A DNA stretch of 64,000 nucleotides from an uncultured Gemmatimonadota bacterium (GTDB taxonomy: Bacteria; GCA-2686955): the NCBI GenBank assembly GCA_964490075.1, contig CAZBBK010000022.1:6168-70167 (forward strand), given 5' to 3'. A program made the translations under genes and the position numbers. Below, piece after piece: positions 18,568-30,012 of the stretch (positions within the stretch are counted from its first letter, which is position 1; every line of letters starts with the position of its first letter). The notes below the pieces were generated by a model. That model was not told the DNA's origin. It saw only the letters and a program-made list of their open reading frames with translations, and searched no databases.

Positions 18568-20058
18568 ATGAGATCGACTGCCCTGTTCTTGGCTTGCCTG
18601 GCGAGCGCCACCGCGGCGGCCGCGCCGCATTCGCGCGCGCCGGAGGAAACTGTACGGATCAACATCGGGACGACCGCCGCGTGCGACCTCGATCAGGCGC
18701 TGGCGCTGCTGCGCGCACGCTACGACTTTCAGGTGCGGCGCCGGCTGGCCCGCATCGGGGTGCTGACGATCGAGATCGATCGGCGTCACCTGGATGATCT
18801 GCGCGGCGACCGCGCCCTGAATGCCCTGGTGGACTACCTGGAGCCCGACGGCGTGGCGCGGATTCCGGAGGACGGCGACCAGACGGGCCGCCACCTGGCC
18901 GCGCCGCGGGACCGGGCGCGCCCCTTGGGCCAGGCGCCGAGCGACCCGTACTACGACCGGCAATGGGCGCCGGCCTGCGTCGACCTCGAGCGCGCCTGGA
19001 GCCGCTTCGGATTCGGCCCGCGGCCCGTGACGGTGGCGGTTCTCGACACCGGCGTCGATCACACCCACCCGGATCTGGCCGGCAACGTCGACATCGACCA
19101 CGGCTGGGACTTCGTCGACGACGACGCGACGCCTTTCGATCTCTATGGGCACGGCACGGCCTGCGCGGGCGTCGTGGCGGCGGTCGCCAACAACGGAATC
19201 GGCATCGCCGGGGTCCTCGATGCGACGATTCTGCCGGTCAAGGTGCTCGACGACCAGGGCATGGGCTGGCCATGATCCGCCACCTAATTCGCGATTCGCC
19301 ATGCGCCTCTTGGCCTTGTCCTTCGTTGCTCGCGCCGATTCGATGCTCAACGTAGCTCTACTACGCCTGCGCTCAAGACTCCAGATGACGGCCCTTCGAC
19401 CGCCATCTGGGCGCCGATTGCGGCAGACGAGCGACTCGGAGTCGCTCGCAGCTGAATAGGCGCGGCGCGGCGCCTCGACCAAGGCCAAGATTCGCACGGC
19501 GCGATCACGAATCAGGTGGCGGATCAGGGCTGGTGGTCCGACGTCGCCGCGGGAATCGAGCACGCGCTCGCCCAAGGCGCCCGGGTGATCAGCACGTCGA
19601 TCGGCGGAGAGCACGACGCCACGCTGCAGCGCGCCTGCGACGACGCCTACGCCTCCGGCGTGCTGGTCTTCGCCAGCGCCGGGAACTGGGGCAACGACTG
19701 GCGGAACTACCCCGTCAGCTTCACCTCGGTGATCGGAGTGGGAGCGCTCGACGAGGGCTGCACCGAGGTCGCCTATTTCTCCAGCCGGGGTTTCGGCGAC
19801 CACCTTCAGGAAGGCAAGGTGGAGCTCGCAGCCCCCGGCTCGTACATCTATTCGACCCATCGCGACGGTCTGTACAAGTACTGGTCGGGCACCTCGTTCT
19901 CGTGTCCGCTGGCGGCCGGCATCGGCGCCGGCTACGTCGCCCTGAGCGCCTGGAACAACCAACGGATTCGCGCGCATATGCAGCTCAGTGCCGACGGAAT
20001 CGGCGATCCCTTCGATTGCGGCTACGGCCGGGTCGATGCTTTTGCCTTTGGGGACTAG
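18568..20058 (+). pseudogene. Secreted S8 subtilase interrupted by a MITE (5' part 18568-19269, 3' part 19534-20058)
   Basis: Signal peptide, VAVLDTG (Asp) and GHGTACAG (His) before the insertion; SAGN and GTSFSCP (Ser) after it. Removing the insertion plus one target copy restores KVLDDQGMGWWSDVAAGI, matching KVLDEHGFGSWSDVAAGI in the paralogue at 45890-47137. Confidence 0.9.
19270..19528. mobile_element. MITE-like element, copy 1 (259 bp)
   Basis: Terminal inverted repeats CCATGATCCGCCACCTAATTCG / CGAATCAGGTGGCGGATCAGG; flanking direct repeat GCTGG (19265-19269, 19529-19533); no transposase. Confidence 0.85.
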
Positions 20059-20072
20059 GGTTCACGCCGGCG

Positions 20073-20207
20073 TGGATTGCGACTTTCGCCGGAATGCCGC
20101 ATCCTCACGGCGTTGTTCTGGACTGCGTCAGAGCACCATGTCGCCGTCGCTCCAACCTGCCCTCTCCCGTCATTCCGGCGAAAGCCGCAATCCAGTTCGT
20201 TCCAACA
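20073..20207. repeat. Inverted doublet of REP-like palindromes (CCGTCATTCCGGCGAAAGCCGGAATCCA family)
   Basis: Copies at 20073-20099 (reverse, degenerate) and 20167-20207; the same doublet recurs at 36118-36229. Confidence 0.85.
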
Positions 20208-20589
20208 GCAATCTACCGAAGTAGGAGTGAGCGCGAGCCGCTGGTGGCGGATGGTCGCGGCGTCTCGCCCCCGCGACCACCGTGGGGGATGCCACCAGCG
20301 GCCCACGCCGTCCACCCCGTCCCTGGGTGTCGATTCTCGGTCCTCCCGGCGTCCGCTGGAGTGACCTTGGTTCGAAGCAGGGATTGTGCCGATTCCAGCG
20401 ACGAACGCGGGACGGATTGGCGGCAACGGATTTAGGGCGGCAGAAGCAGATCGGACACCCCCCCGCATCGTTCGTGGTCGCAACAATCGGCGACTCCGAA
20501 TCCCTCCAGCCCCCCGCCAAAATGCTGATGCCGACGCCCTTACGCCAGCTTCGTAGAAAGCGGCGCTTCGCCATTCCCGACGACGCATT

Positions 20590-22095
20590 CTACCGCACCC
20601 GAACCCGCCGCACCTTGCGGCCCAGACCCAGGATCTTGATTCGGCGGCGCAGGGTCGACTCCGGGATTCCGAGCTGCTGGGCGGCGGCGGTGCGCACGCC
20701 GCCGGAGGCGCGCAAGGCGTCGCTGATCAACTGTCCCTCGTGCAGGCGCATCAGATCGGAGAGCCGGCGGCTGGGGCGTCTGATTCCACCCACCGACGCA
20801 AAGCGCTGCCGCCACTCGCGCAGCTCGCTCTGGACCTGTCGCGGCCAGATCAACCGGCCCCGGGCGCGCGCCGAGATTCGTCTCAAGAATAGCTCCAGCT
20901 CCGCCACGTTGCCCGGCCAGTAGTAGTCCTTGAGCAAGGCGATGCAGCCCGCCGCCAGCTCGCGCGGAGCGGGGAGCCCGAGCCGCGCCTCGGCCCGGAC
21001 CAGCATCGCCGCCGTCAGCTCGGGGAGATCCTCGAATCGATCCCGCAGCGGCGGCAGGCGGATCTCCAGAGCGCAGAGCTCGTCGAGCAGGCGCGCCCGG
21101 AAGCGCCCCGCCAGCACCTCGGAGTGCAGATCGCGGCGGGTGGTGGAGACCAGTCGCGCCCGGAGCGCGCGTGGCTCTCCCTCGCCCACCGGATCGACCC
21201 GGCCGGCGCGGATCGCCCGCAGCAGCATCTCCTGCAGGGCCTCGCTCAAGAGGGCGACCTCGATCAGCAGCAGCGTGCCTTGGCCCGCCTCCAGCAGCAA
21301 GCCCTCGCGGGCCGCGCCGTAGCCGCCGCCACCGACCGGGCGCTCCCCGAAGAGCTCGCGCTCGACCATTCCGGCCGAGCAGGCCGCCACGTCGACCGGC
21401 AGCAGCGATCCCACCCCGCGCACCCGGTGCAGCGCTCTGGCGGCCAGCTTCTTGCCGCTGCCAGCCTCGCCGAGCAGCAGCACCGGCTGGGGCATCGGTC
21501 CGTAGAGAGCGATCCGCTCCCGCACATGTTGAATCACCGCGCTCCGCCCCGCCAATCCTCCGATCGCCGCCCGCTCGGGCGACAGGCGGATTCGCGCCAT
21601 AGAGCGCTGGTGCGACTGCATCGCGTCGACATAGATCGACAGCGCCCGGCGGATCTCGTCCACCCGGCCGCGGGCCCGGACGCCCTCCAGCGAATCGCTT
21701 CGCGAGTCCAGGTAGACGCAGCCGACGCAGCCGCCGGAGCCGTCGAGGGGCACGCAGATCACGCTTTTCAGCGCCCCCTGCGCGACCTCGGGCAGATCCT
21801 CCAGGTCGTGGGCGTGCAGGGCGCGACGCTGGCGCAGCATGCGCTCGGCGACCCGGTGCGCGAGCTCGCCGCGCGGTCCACGCTCGGCAAAGCTGGTGAT
21901 CGGCTCGCTGCCCCCGATCGCGAGCAGCAGGGCGCCGTCGATGCGCAGCCCGTGCGCCAGCGCCAGGTAGCGCACGGCGGCGTCGAGCATCGGGCCCAGG
22001 AACTCCTCGAGGCTGTGCTCGCGCGCGACCGCATCGAGCAGGATCGCATCGAAGGCCTCACGCAGCGCGGAAACCGATTTCTGTTCTCCACGCAT
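20590..22095 (-). CDS. GAF-AAA+-Fis protein; degenerate sigma54 enhancer-binding paralogue
   Basis: Walker A GEAGSGKK; GAFTGA replaced by GGGGYGA; Walker B LLLIEV lacks the Asp; FRARL; C-terminal [19 protein letters not shown]. Confidence 0.85.
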   Translation of the reverse strand: MRGEQKSVSALREAFDAILLDAVAREHSLEEFLGPMLDAAVRYLALAHGLRIDGALLLAIGGSEPITSFAERGPRGELAHRVAERMLRQRRALHAHDLEDLPEVAQGALKSVICVPLDGSGGCVGCVYLDSRSDSLEGVRARGRVDEIRRALSIYVDAMQSHQRSMARIRLSPERAAIGGLAGRSAVIQHVRERIALYGPMPQPVLLLGEAGSGKKLAARALHRVRGVGSLLPVDVAACSAGMVERELFGERPVGGGGYGAAREGLLLEAGQGTLLLIEVALLSEALQEMLLRAIRAGRVDPVGEGEPRALRARLVSTTRRDLHSEVLAGRFRARLLDELCALEIRLPPLRDRFEDLPELTAAMLVRAEARLGLPAPRELAAGCIALLKDYYWPGNVAELELFLRRISARARGRLIWPRQVQSELREWRQRFASVGGIRRPSRRLSDLMRLHEGQLISDALRASGGVRTAAAQQLGIPESTLRRRIKILGLGRKVRRVRVR

Positions 22096-22122
22096 GATGT
22101 GCGCCCCGCGGGGGCGATGCTC

Positions 22123-22479
22123 TCAGAGCACCCAGTTGATGAGGCGGATGATCCGCTTCAATGTGAACGGCTTCTCAATGAACTGGATCGGTGCGGGCGT
22201 CGCGCCGTCCCCGTTCGGCCGGCTCCAGGATTTGCCCGACATCAGGATGACGGGAACCGGATCGGCGCTCTTGCGCACCGCGCTGAGCAGCTCGATGCCG
22301 CTCATGACCGGCATCTCCACATCGGAGATCACCAGGTCGAAATGGTCGTTTTGCAGCATGGCGAGCGCTTCGCGCCCGTCCGCGGCCTGCTCCGGCTCGT
22401 GGCCCAGATCGAGCAAGGCCTCCTGGAGCAGGGAGCGGATCTGCGGCTGATCGTCGACGATCAAGATGTGCTTGGTCAC
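22123..22479 (-). CDS. Single-domain response regulator (CheY-like)
   Basis: ILIVDD, VISDVEMPVMSG, VILMSG, FIEKPF; GGAGG RBS and GTG start at 22479. Confidence 0.9.
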   Translation of the reverse strand: MTKHILIVDDQPQIRSLLQEALLDLGHEPEQAADGREALAMLQNDHFDLVISDVEMPVMSGIELLSAVRKSADPVPVILMSGKSWSRPNGDGATPAPIQFIEKPFTLKRIIRLINWVL

Positions 22480-22523
22480 GGCGGCACTCTCCTCCAAAGG
22501 GATACGGACCCGAGGCCGGAGCT

Positions 22524-22539
22524 TGCATGCCACGTGCCA
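22524..22539 (-). promoter_or_regulatory. Sigma54 -24/-12 promoter
   Basis: Minus strand reads TGGCACGTGGCATGCA (GG-N10-GC), about 45 bp upstream of the GTG at 22479. Confidence 0.7.
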
Positions 22540-22751
22540 GCTCCGCGGCGTCCATCCCAAAGGTCGCAACCAACCTCAGTACAAGGACTTAGAGAGATCG
22601 GCCCGGAGTGCTTCCGGGGCGGCGCGGCGGCGCCCTCGCAGCCGGCGGCGGCGGGAGGTCGAGCGCGGCGGGAGGGTGGCGTTGCCAGTCAAGCGCTTGC
22701 CGCGCTTTCGCCGCTGCCTGCGAGCGCGCCACAATCGACGCGGCGCGGCGC

Positions 22752-24284
<1,533 letters not shown>

Positions 24285-24293
24285 CGGGGGGAC

Positions 24294-25688
24294 CTACAAG
24301 CTCGGGGCGGACGACGCCCTCTTTCGGTGTTCGAGCAGAGCGCGCCGCAGCATCGGCACGAAGGCTCGGGTGGAGGCCGCCGCCTCGAGCTGTGCCAGGG
24401 CGACCCGAGCGGAGCTCGGTCTGCGGGCGGGCCTGCGGTCGATCCATCCGTGGACCAGGGGGACCAGCTCGGGAGCGCGCGCCTCGAGCCGGGGCAGGTC
24501 GCCCGCTCCGCGCAGCACCGCGCTGTTGGTCTGCTCCACGGAAGGGCGCGCGAAGGGGCCGCGGCCGGTGACCAGGGCGTGCAGCAGACAGCCGACCGAG
24601 AAGAGATCGCTGCGCGGATCGGCCCGCCGCCCTTCGAGCACTTCGGGCGCGGTGAAGCCGGGGGTTCCGGCCGCTGCTCCGGGCACGGTGCCCGCGGGGT
24701 CGGTCGCCACCGTGGCCAGACCGAAGTCGATCAGCTTGAGGCCCCCGCCCGAGTCCCGCAGCAGGTTCTGGGGCTTGACGTCGCCGTGCACCACGCCGCG
24801 CTCGTGGGCATGGGCCAGGGCTTCGAGGGTCTGGCGGGCGGCGTCCAGCGCTTCGGGCGGATCGAAGCGGCCGGAATCGCGCAGCGCATCGCTGAGCGAG
24901 GTCGACGCGAAAAGCTCCTGGCTCATGAAGAGGTCGTCGCCGTGCACGTGCAGATCGTGCACGCGGATGATCCCCGGGTGGCGCAGCATCTGCCCGACCC
25001 GCACCTCGCGCACGAAGCGGCTCACCTCGGCCAGCGCGCCCTGGAAATGCTTCAGGGCCACCTCTTGCGCCAGCCACCCGTCGCGCGCCCGGAGCACCGA
25101 GCCGAAGGCACCGAAACCGAGCAGGTCGAGCACCTCGAAGCGTTCCGGCACGCCGCCCGAGAGCGCCGACCAGGGGATGCGACGAGGGACGCTCTCGCCG
25201 AGCGCCAGGTAGCTCAAGGGCCCCGCCTCCGGCCAGGAGACCAAGGCCCCCGGCAAGCGGCCGAGCTGGATCACGAAGGGGTGCAGGTCGTGGGCCCGCC
25301 CCCGGTCGTCGACCAGGTGGGCGTGGCGCGGTCCCAGCGGCTGGGGGCGCTTCGCGGGGAGGGCGGCGGCGGCGTTCAGGCTCCGGCACTCGGAAACGCC
25401 GTGGGTGTCGAGGTGACACTCGAGCCAGCGGGTCATCTCGCCGGCGGCGACCCAGGGCAGCGCGGTCCCTTCCGCTCCTCTCTGGCCTGCCACCGGCCTC
25501 GGGCGCAGCGACGACCACAGACTCTCCAGGGTGATGCCGCCGCGCCGCGCCGACTCTTCGCTGAGCAGCAAGCGGGCGGCGGTGCGCGGCGCGACCCCGC
25601 TGCGCTCGGCGTGCAGCGCGGTCAACACGGCGCGCATCAGCGGCTCCGCGACCCGGGCGGGGGCCGCTCCTACTTCGGGCTCGGACAT
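24294..25688 (-). CDS. Hanks-type Ser/Thr protein kinase with ~185-aa unrecognised N-terminal region
   Basis: LGFGAFGSV, VALKHF, HGDVKPQNLL, DFGLA, GTPGFTAPE, DLFSVG. Confidence 0.92.
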   Translation of the reverse strand: MSEPEVGAAPARVAEPLMRAVLTALHAERSGVAPRTAARLLLSEESARRGGITLESLWSSLRPRPVAGQRGAEGTALPWVAAGEMTRWLECHLDTHGVSECRSLNAAAALPAKRPQPLGPRHAHLVDDRGRAHDLHPFVIQLGRLPGALVSWPEAGPLSYLALGESVPRRIPWSALSGGVPERFEVLDLLGFGAFGSVLRARDGWLAQEVALKHFQGALAEVSRFVREVRVGQMLRHPGIIRVHDLHVHGDDLFMSQELFASTSLSDALRDSGRFDPPEALDAARQTLEALAHAHERGVVHGDVKPQNLLRDSGGGLKLIDFGLATVATDPAGTVPGAAAGTPGFTAPEVLEGRRADPRSDLFSVGCLLHALVTGRGPFARPSVEQTNSAVLRGAGDLPRLEARAPELVPLVHGWIDRRPARRPSSARVALAQLEAAASTRAFVPMLRRALLEHRKRASSAPSL

Positions 25689-25691
25689 CCC

Positions 25692-26369
25692 TCAGCTCTC
25701 CTTCGTGCTCTCGGTCGAGGTCCCTTCGATCATGCCCCAGGTGATCGCGTAGGAGGCGCAGTCCGCCGGGCCGTGCAGTCCCAGCTTGCTCGACAGCCGG
25801 GCGCGGTAGGTCTCCACAGTGCGATCGCTGATGTGCAGATCGGCCGCCACCTGCTTGGTGCTCTGCCCCTTGGCCACCGACACCAGCACCTCGCGCTCGC
25901 GCGGGCTCAGAACCGCCGGAGACGCTCCGCGCACCTTGCCGTCCCCAGGGCCGTTGCTCCATGCCGAACAACGCTCTCCGTGGGGGAAAGTGGACTCGAT
26001 ACGCTCCGTCGACAGGATCGCGTCGATCAACTCCTGGGGGGATGCGCTCTTGAGTAGATAAGCCCACACCCCGAGCAAATCGAACTCATGGGCGAAGTGG
26101 TCGCTCTCGTACATGGTCATGATCACGATGCGCGCTTCCGGTGCCACCTTGCGCAGCTCCGGCACCGCCTCGAAGGCGGTCTTCTTCGGCATCGAAATGT
26201 CCATCACGATCACATCGGGTTGCAGCTCGCGCGCCATCTCGACGGCGCTGATCCCGTCCCGCGCCTCGCCGATCACCTCGATGCGACGCTGCTCGGCCAG
26301 CGAATCCCTCAGACCACGCAGCACCAGCGGGTGGTCGTCGATCAAAAGCACGCTGTGTTTCTTACTCAT
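25692..26369 (-). CDS. NarL/LuxR-family response regulator
   Basis: LLIDDHPLVLRG, VMDISMP, LSPREREVL..VAKG.STKQVA..L.IS.RTVETYR; ATG at 26369. Confidence 0.93.
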   Translation of the reverse strand: MSKKHSVLLIDDHPLVLRGLRDSLAEQRRIEVIGEARDGISAVEMARELQPDVIVMDISMPKKTAFEAVPELRKVAPEARIVIMTMYESDHFAHEFDLLGVWAYLLKSASPQELIDAILSTERIESTFPHGERCSAWSNGPGDGKVRGASPAVLSPREREVLVSVAKGQSTKQVAADLHISDRTVETYRARLSSKLGLHGPADCASYAITWGMIEGTSTESTKES

Positions 26370-26502
26370 CTTTGGTCTCCAAGCTCGGGCCAGGGAGCCC
26401 TTCGAGCGGGACAGGAAGACTGATCCATTTGGGATGTGCTCGCAATTGAGGAAATGTACGGACGCCCGGCGCGGGGCCGGCTCCACCGGCCGCACCTGCC
26501 AA

Positions 26503-27021
26503 TTATGTTGCTGTTTCGTCAGCTTCGAGGGAACCCGGCTCCTCGCCCCGCTGCCGCATGCGCGCCCGGGTGTGCGCGCTCAAGTGCACCTCGCCACGCA
26601 GCGCGGTGCGAATCGCCCGCATCAAGCCGGCCGCCGGGGCGAGCTTGCTCACGTAGCCGAGCGCCCCTTCGCGCACCACCGTTTCGCCGAAGAGCGACTC
26701 TTCGTGGATCGACTGCACCAGCATCTTCAGATCGGGAAGGCGGGCGCGCAGGCGGCGCACCAGCTCCACGCCGCTCTCACCCTGCAGCGAGATGTCGATC
26801 ACCGCCAGATCGGGCTGCAGCGACTCGATCTTCTCGAGCGCCGCGCCGACACTGGCCGCCTCGCCGCAAAGCTCCACGTCGGGATGCAGCGACATCAGGT
26901 CGGCGAAGCCACGGCGCACCAGCGGGTGGTCGTCGACGATGAAGACCCGGGCCGGCGGGCGCTCGGAACCCACCTCCGCGGAGCTTCGAGCGTCGTCGCG
27001 CTCATCGGTCGCCAGCGACAT
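26503..27021 (-). CDS. NarL-type receiver domain lacking the HTH output domain
   Basis: VFIVDDHPLVRRG, VIDISL, GYVSK, AIRTALRGEVHLS, then stop with no LuxR HTH. Confidence 0.85.
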   Translation of the reverse strand: MSLATDERDDARSSAEVGSERPPARVFIVDDHPLVRRGFADLMSLHPDVELCGEAASVGAALEKIESLQPDLAVIDISLQGESGVELVRRLRARLPDLKMLVQSIHEESLFGETVVREGALGYVSKLAPAAGLMRAIRTALRGEVHLSAHTRARMRQRGEEPGSLEADETAT

Positions 27022-29731
27022 CTTGCACCTTCCTTTCGATCTGACAGCTCACTGCCGTACCGCCCTCCGCGCGGGGCGCAACGTTGAGCACGCCGCCGAT
27101 TCTCTGCGCGCGGTAGCGCATGGTCTTCATTCCCTGGCCGGTGGCGCTCCCAGCAGTCTCGGTGATCCCCCGGCCGTCGTCGAGCACCGCGAGGCGCAGG
27201 CGCCTCTCCGAACCCTCGAGGCGCAGCTCGATGCGACTCGGCGCGGCGTGACGCAGCGCATTGCCGAGCGCCTCGCGAACGATGTGGAAGAGATCCGAGG
27301 CGGCGCCGATGTCGTTCACCTCGACGTCACCGGCGGTGTGCAGCCGGCACTCGACGCCCTCGATGCGGTCGGTGGCGGTCGCCAGCTCCTGCAAGGCGCT
27401 CAGCAGCCCGCGCGCGCCGATGTCGACCGGGTGCAGGCCGCGGGCGACGCGGCGCAGCTGTCCGCGCGCCGCCTGCAGGTGGGCCACGCACTCGCTCACC
27501 ACCTCCGCCTCGGGCACCGAGCGCTTCACCAGTCGGGCTTCGAGAGCCTGCAACAACGACGCGACCCCGGTCAGCTCCTGGCCGATCCCGTCGTGCAGCT
27601 CCTGGCCCAGGTGCTGGCGCTCCCGCTCGCCGGCCTCCAGCAGCTCGGCCTCGAGCCGGCGCCGCTCGCTGATATCGGTGGCGGTGGTGGTCAAGCCCAC
27701 CGTCCGGCCCCAGGCATCGCGCTCGGGCGCGATCGAGACGTCGTAGATCCGCTTTTCCGCATCGCTCGCGACGCGCAGCTCGACGCGCTCCGCCACGCCC
27801 TGCTCCAGCACCCGGCGCTGCAGCGCCATCAGCGTGCCGGCGCTCGCCGGGTCGAGGAACTGGTCGGCGCTGCGCCCCAGCACGTCGTTCTCCGAGCGGC
27901 CCCAGGGTCGGTTCCAGACCCAGGTGTGGAGCAGATCGGAGTCGAGGGCCGCGACGGTCACCGGCGAATGCTCCAGCACCCGCCGGAAGCGCTCCTCGTT
28001 GGTTCGCAGCTCGCCCGTCCACTGCTCACGTTCCACGGCGCGCCCCAGCAGGTCGCCGATCTTGGCCGTCTGCTCGACCATCTCGTCGGGCTGCTCCGGA
28101 AGACGCGCCGCGAAGAAGGCCAACATCGCGCCGACCCGGCCGCGCGGCGCGATCGGCAGCAGCAGCACGGCGCCCACCCCCGCCTTCCGCAGCGCGTCGA
28201 GGTGCTGCTCGCCGAGCAGCTCGACTGGCTCCGAGCCCCATTGCGGCCGGCCGGTCGCCAGCGCGGCCGCCAGCGCCCCGCCGCCTCCGCCGCCTTCCGC
28301 GCAGGCCCGCGCCAGGGGCCCGAAGCGCTCCCGCGACTGGGCCCACCAGACACCGCCGGCGGCGAAGCGGGTCGGATCGCCGGCGTCGGGCGTGAAGGCG
28401 TGGGCGGCGAGCCAGCCATGATGGCGGCAGATCATGCCCAGGGTGGCCTCGAAGGCGTCGTGCGAGCCGGCGGCCACGGCGGCCACGGTCGCCACCTCGC
28501 GCAGCAGCCGCGCGCGCCTCTCGTGCTCTTCGCGGCGCGCCTCCCAGTCGCGCCGCAGGCCCGCGACCCGCTCCTCGATCGATGCCCGGTCGAGCGCCAA
28601 GGCCAGCACGCCGGCGACCGCCTCGACGTACTGGGCGGCGCCGGTGCCGAACGCGTTCCGAGCGGTTGACGCCACCGCCAGCGCGGCGGCGGGCCTGACC
28701 CGCTCGAGCGCCACCATGACGACGCTGCGCGCCCCCGCATCGGCCAGGAAGGGGCCGCTGTCGGGCCGATCGCGCTCGGCGCAGTCGCCGCAGAGCACCA
28801 CGCCGGGAGCGCTCAGGGCGCAGCCGAAGCAAGATCCTTCGCGACCCCGGCGCTCCTCGCCGATGCCGGCCTTCTCCCAGCCGATTCCCGCCCGCATGCG
28901 CACCCGCCCCGGGCCCGATCCGACGTCGAAGAGGGCGCAGAGCGGCGCGGCGAGGGTGTCGGCGAGGGCGCGCAGGGCGATCTCCACGAGCTCTTCGGAT
29001 GCGCGCTGCGCCAGGGCCGCCCGAGCCAGGCCGGCGAGCCGCTCGCGTCCCCGGATCGAGGGCCAGAGCGCGGCCCGCGAGACCAGGTCGGCGCCGGCGC
29101 CGGTGCCGGCTTCGGGCACCGCCCCGCCCCCGCGCCGCAGCGCCCGCTCGGCGGTGAGCGCCCGGCGGTTGACCAGCTCCAGCTCCCGGCCGCGGCTGGC
29201 GAGCTCGGCGCGCAGCTCGGCCAGCTCTCGGGCCCGGCCCGGAGCGCCCTCCGCGGCCCGCGTCGGCTCGATCGTGAAGGTCACCAACAGATCTGCGCCG
29301 CTCTCGCCCGGCGCGCCCAGCGGCCGGGCCCGCACCGTGACCTCGCGCCCCTCGCCCCCGATCTCGAGACCGCTGGCGCGCACCGCCGTGGGCCCGTCGC
29401 GCAGTGCCGCGAATCGCACACAGGCCAGCACCGCGGCGTGCAAGGGGGCGCGCACCAGCGCCCGCAGGTCGTGGGTCGGCACACCCTCGGGCGCACGCAG
29501 AAAAGGCGAGGTGTCGCCGTGGAAGTAGCGCACCCGCTGCGTGGAGTCGATCAGCACCGCCGCCGGGGCATGGTGCTCGAGCAGGGCGGCGATCGCCTTG
29601 CGTCCCGCGGGCGACACCGCGGCCCCGAGCACCGGTCCCGGTGCTGGGCCGGAGCGAGCACCCGGCGCAGACCTGGCTCGGACAGCGGCGACGGCGGTCC
29701 GGGCGTCGCCGCTGAGCTGTGTTGGGGGCAT
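27002..29731 (-). CDS. PAS/GAF sensor histidine kinase, HisKA_3 (NarX-like) type
   Basis: N-terminal LLEHHAPAAVLID PAS, coiled coil, GAF, PAS, RERQHLGQELHDGIGQELT, REALGNALRHA, DDGRG, G.GMKTMRYRA. Start could be 29764. Confidence 0.88.
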   Translation of the reverse strand: MPPTQLSGDARTAVAAVRARSAPGARSGPAPGPVLGAAVSPAGRKAIAALLEHHAPAAVLIDSTQRVRYFHGDTSPFLRAPEGVPTHDLRALVRAPLHAAVLACVRFAALRDGPTAVRASGLEIGGEGREVTVRARPLGAPGESGADLLVTFTIEPTRAAEGAPGRARELAELRAELASRGRELELVNRRALTAERALRRGGGAVPEAGTGAGADLVSRAALWPSIRGRERLAGLARAALAQRASEELVEIALRALADTLAAPLCALFDVGSGPGRVRMRAGIGWEKAGIGEERRGREGSCFGCALSAPGVVLCGDCAERDRPDSGPFLADAGARSVVMVALERVRPAAALAVASTARNAFGTGAAQYVEAVAGVLALALDRASIEERVAGLRRDWEARREEHERRARLLREVATVAAVAAGSHDAFEATLGMICRHHGWLAAHAFTPDAGDPTRFAAGGVWWAQSRERFGPLARACAEGGGGGGALAAALATGRPQWGSEPVELLGEQHLDALRKAGVGAVLLLPIAPRGRVGAMLAFFAARLPEQPDEMVEQTAKIGDLLGRAVEREQWTGELRTNEERFRRVLEHSPVTVAALDSDLLHTWVWNRPWGRSENDVLGRSADQFLDPASAGTLMALQRRVLEQGVAERVELRVASDAEKRIYDVSIAPERDAWGRTVGLTTTATDISERRRLEAELLEAGERERQHLGQELHDGIGQELTGVASLLQALEARLVKRSVPEAEVVSECVAHLQAARGQLRRVARGLHPVDIGARGLLSALQELATATDRIEGVECRLHTAGDVEVNDIGAASDLFHIVREALGNALRHAAPSRIELRLEGSERRLRLAVLDDGRGITETAGSATGQGMKTMRYRAQRIGGVLNVAPRAEGGTAVSCQIERKVQDVAGDR

Positions 29732-30012
29732 CACGCCTTCCATTGGAATGCGGTCAGAGCGCACGGTGCGGGCCGGGGCGGGGAGCGGGCGGGGTTCTCG
29801 GCCTGGCGGGGCGCGACGTCAAGGTAGGATCGCCGGCGCTTGTGTGCAATTGCATTCAATCATCGGGGGGTGGGCGGCGGCGGGTCGGATCGCCGGCACC
29901 CCGGAGCGCGGGCTTCGCATTCGGGGCACCTTCCCAGACAGTAGTCCGGCGATCGCCCTGTGTATTGTCCGGGAAAACACTGTCGCCGCGGGAAGAGCCG
30001 CGAAAAACCGGC

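Noticed and set aside
19270-19528. Insertion as a self-splicing intron or intein
   Set aside because: Too short, contains in-frame stops, has terminal inverted repeats and a target duplication, and lacks group I/II or intein signatures.
20360-20385. GGTTCGAA as a tRNA T-loop
   Set aside because: No cloverleaf, D-arm or acceptor stem around it.
20170-20574. 134-aa minus-strand ORF with a CPICFC motif
   Set aside because: Runs through REP and hairpin sequence, has no RBS or recognisable family; probably spurious.
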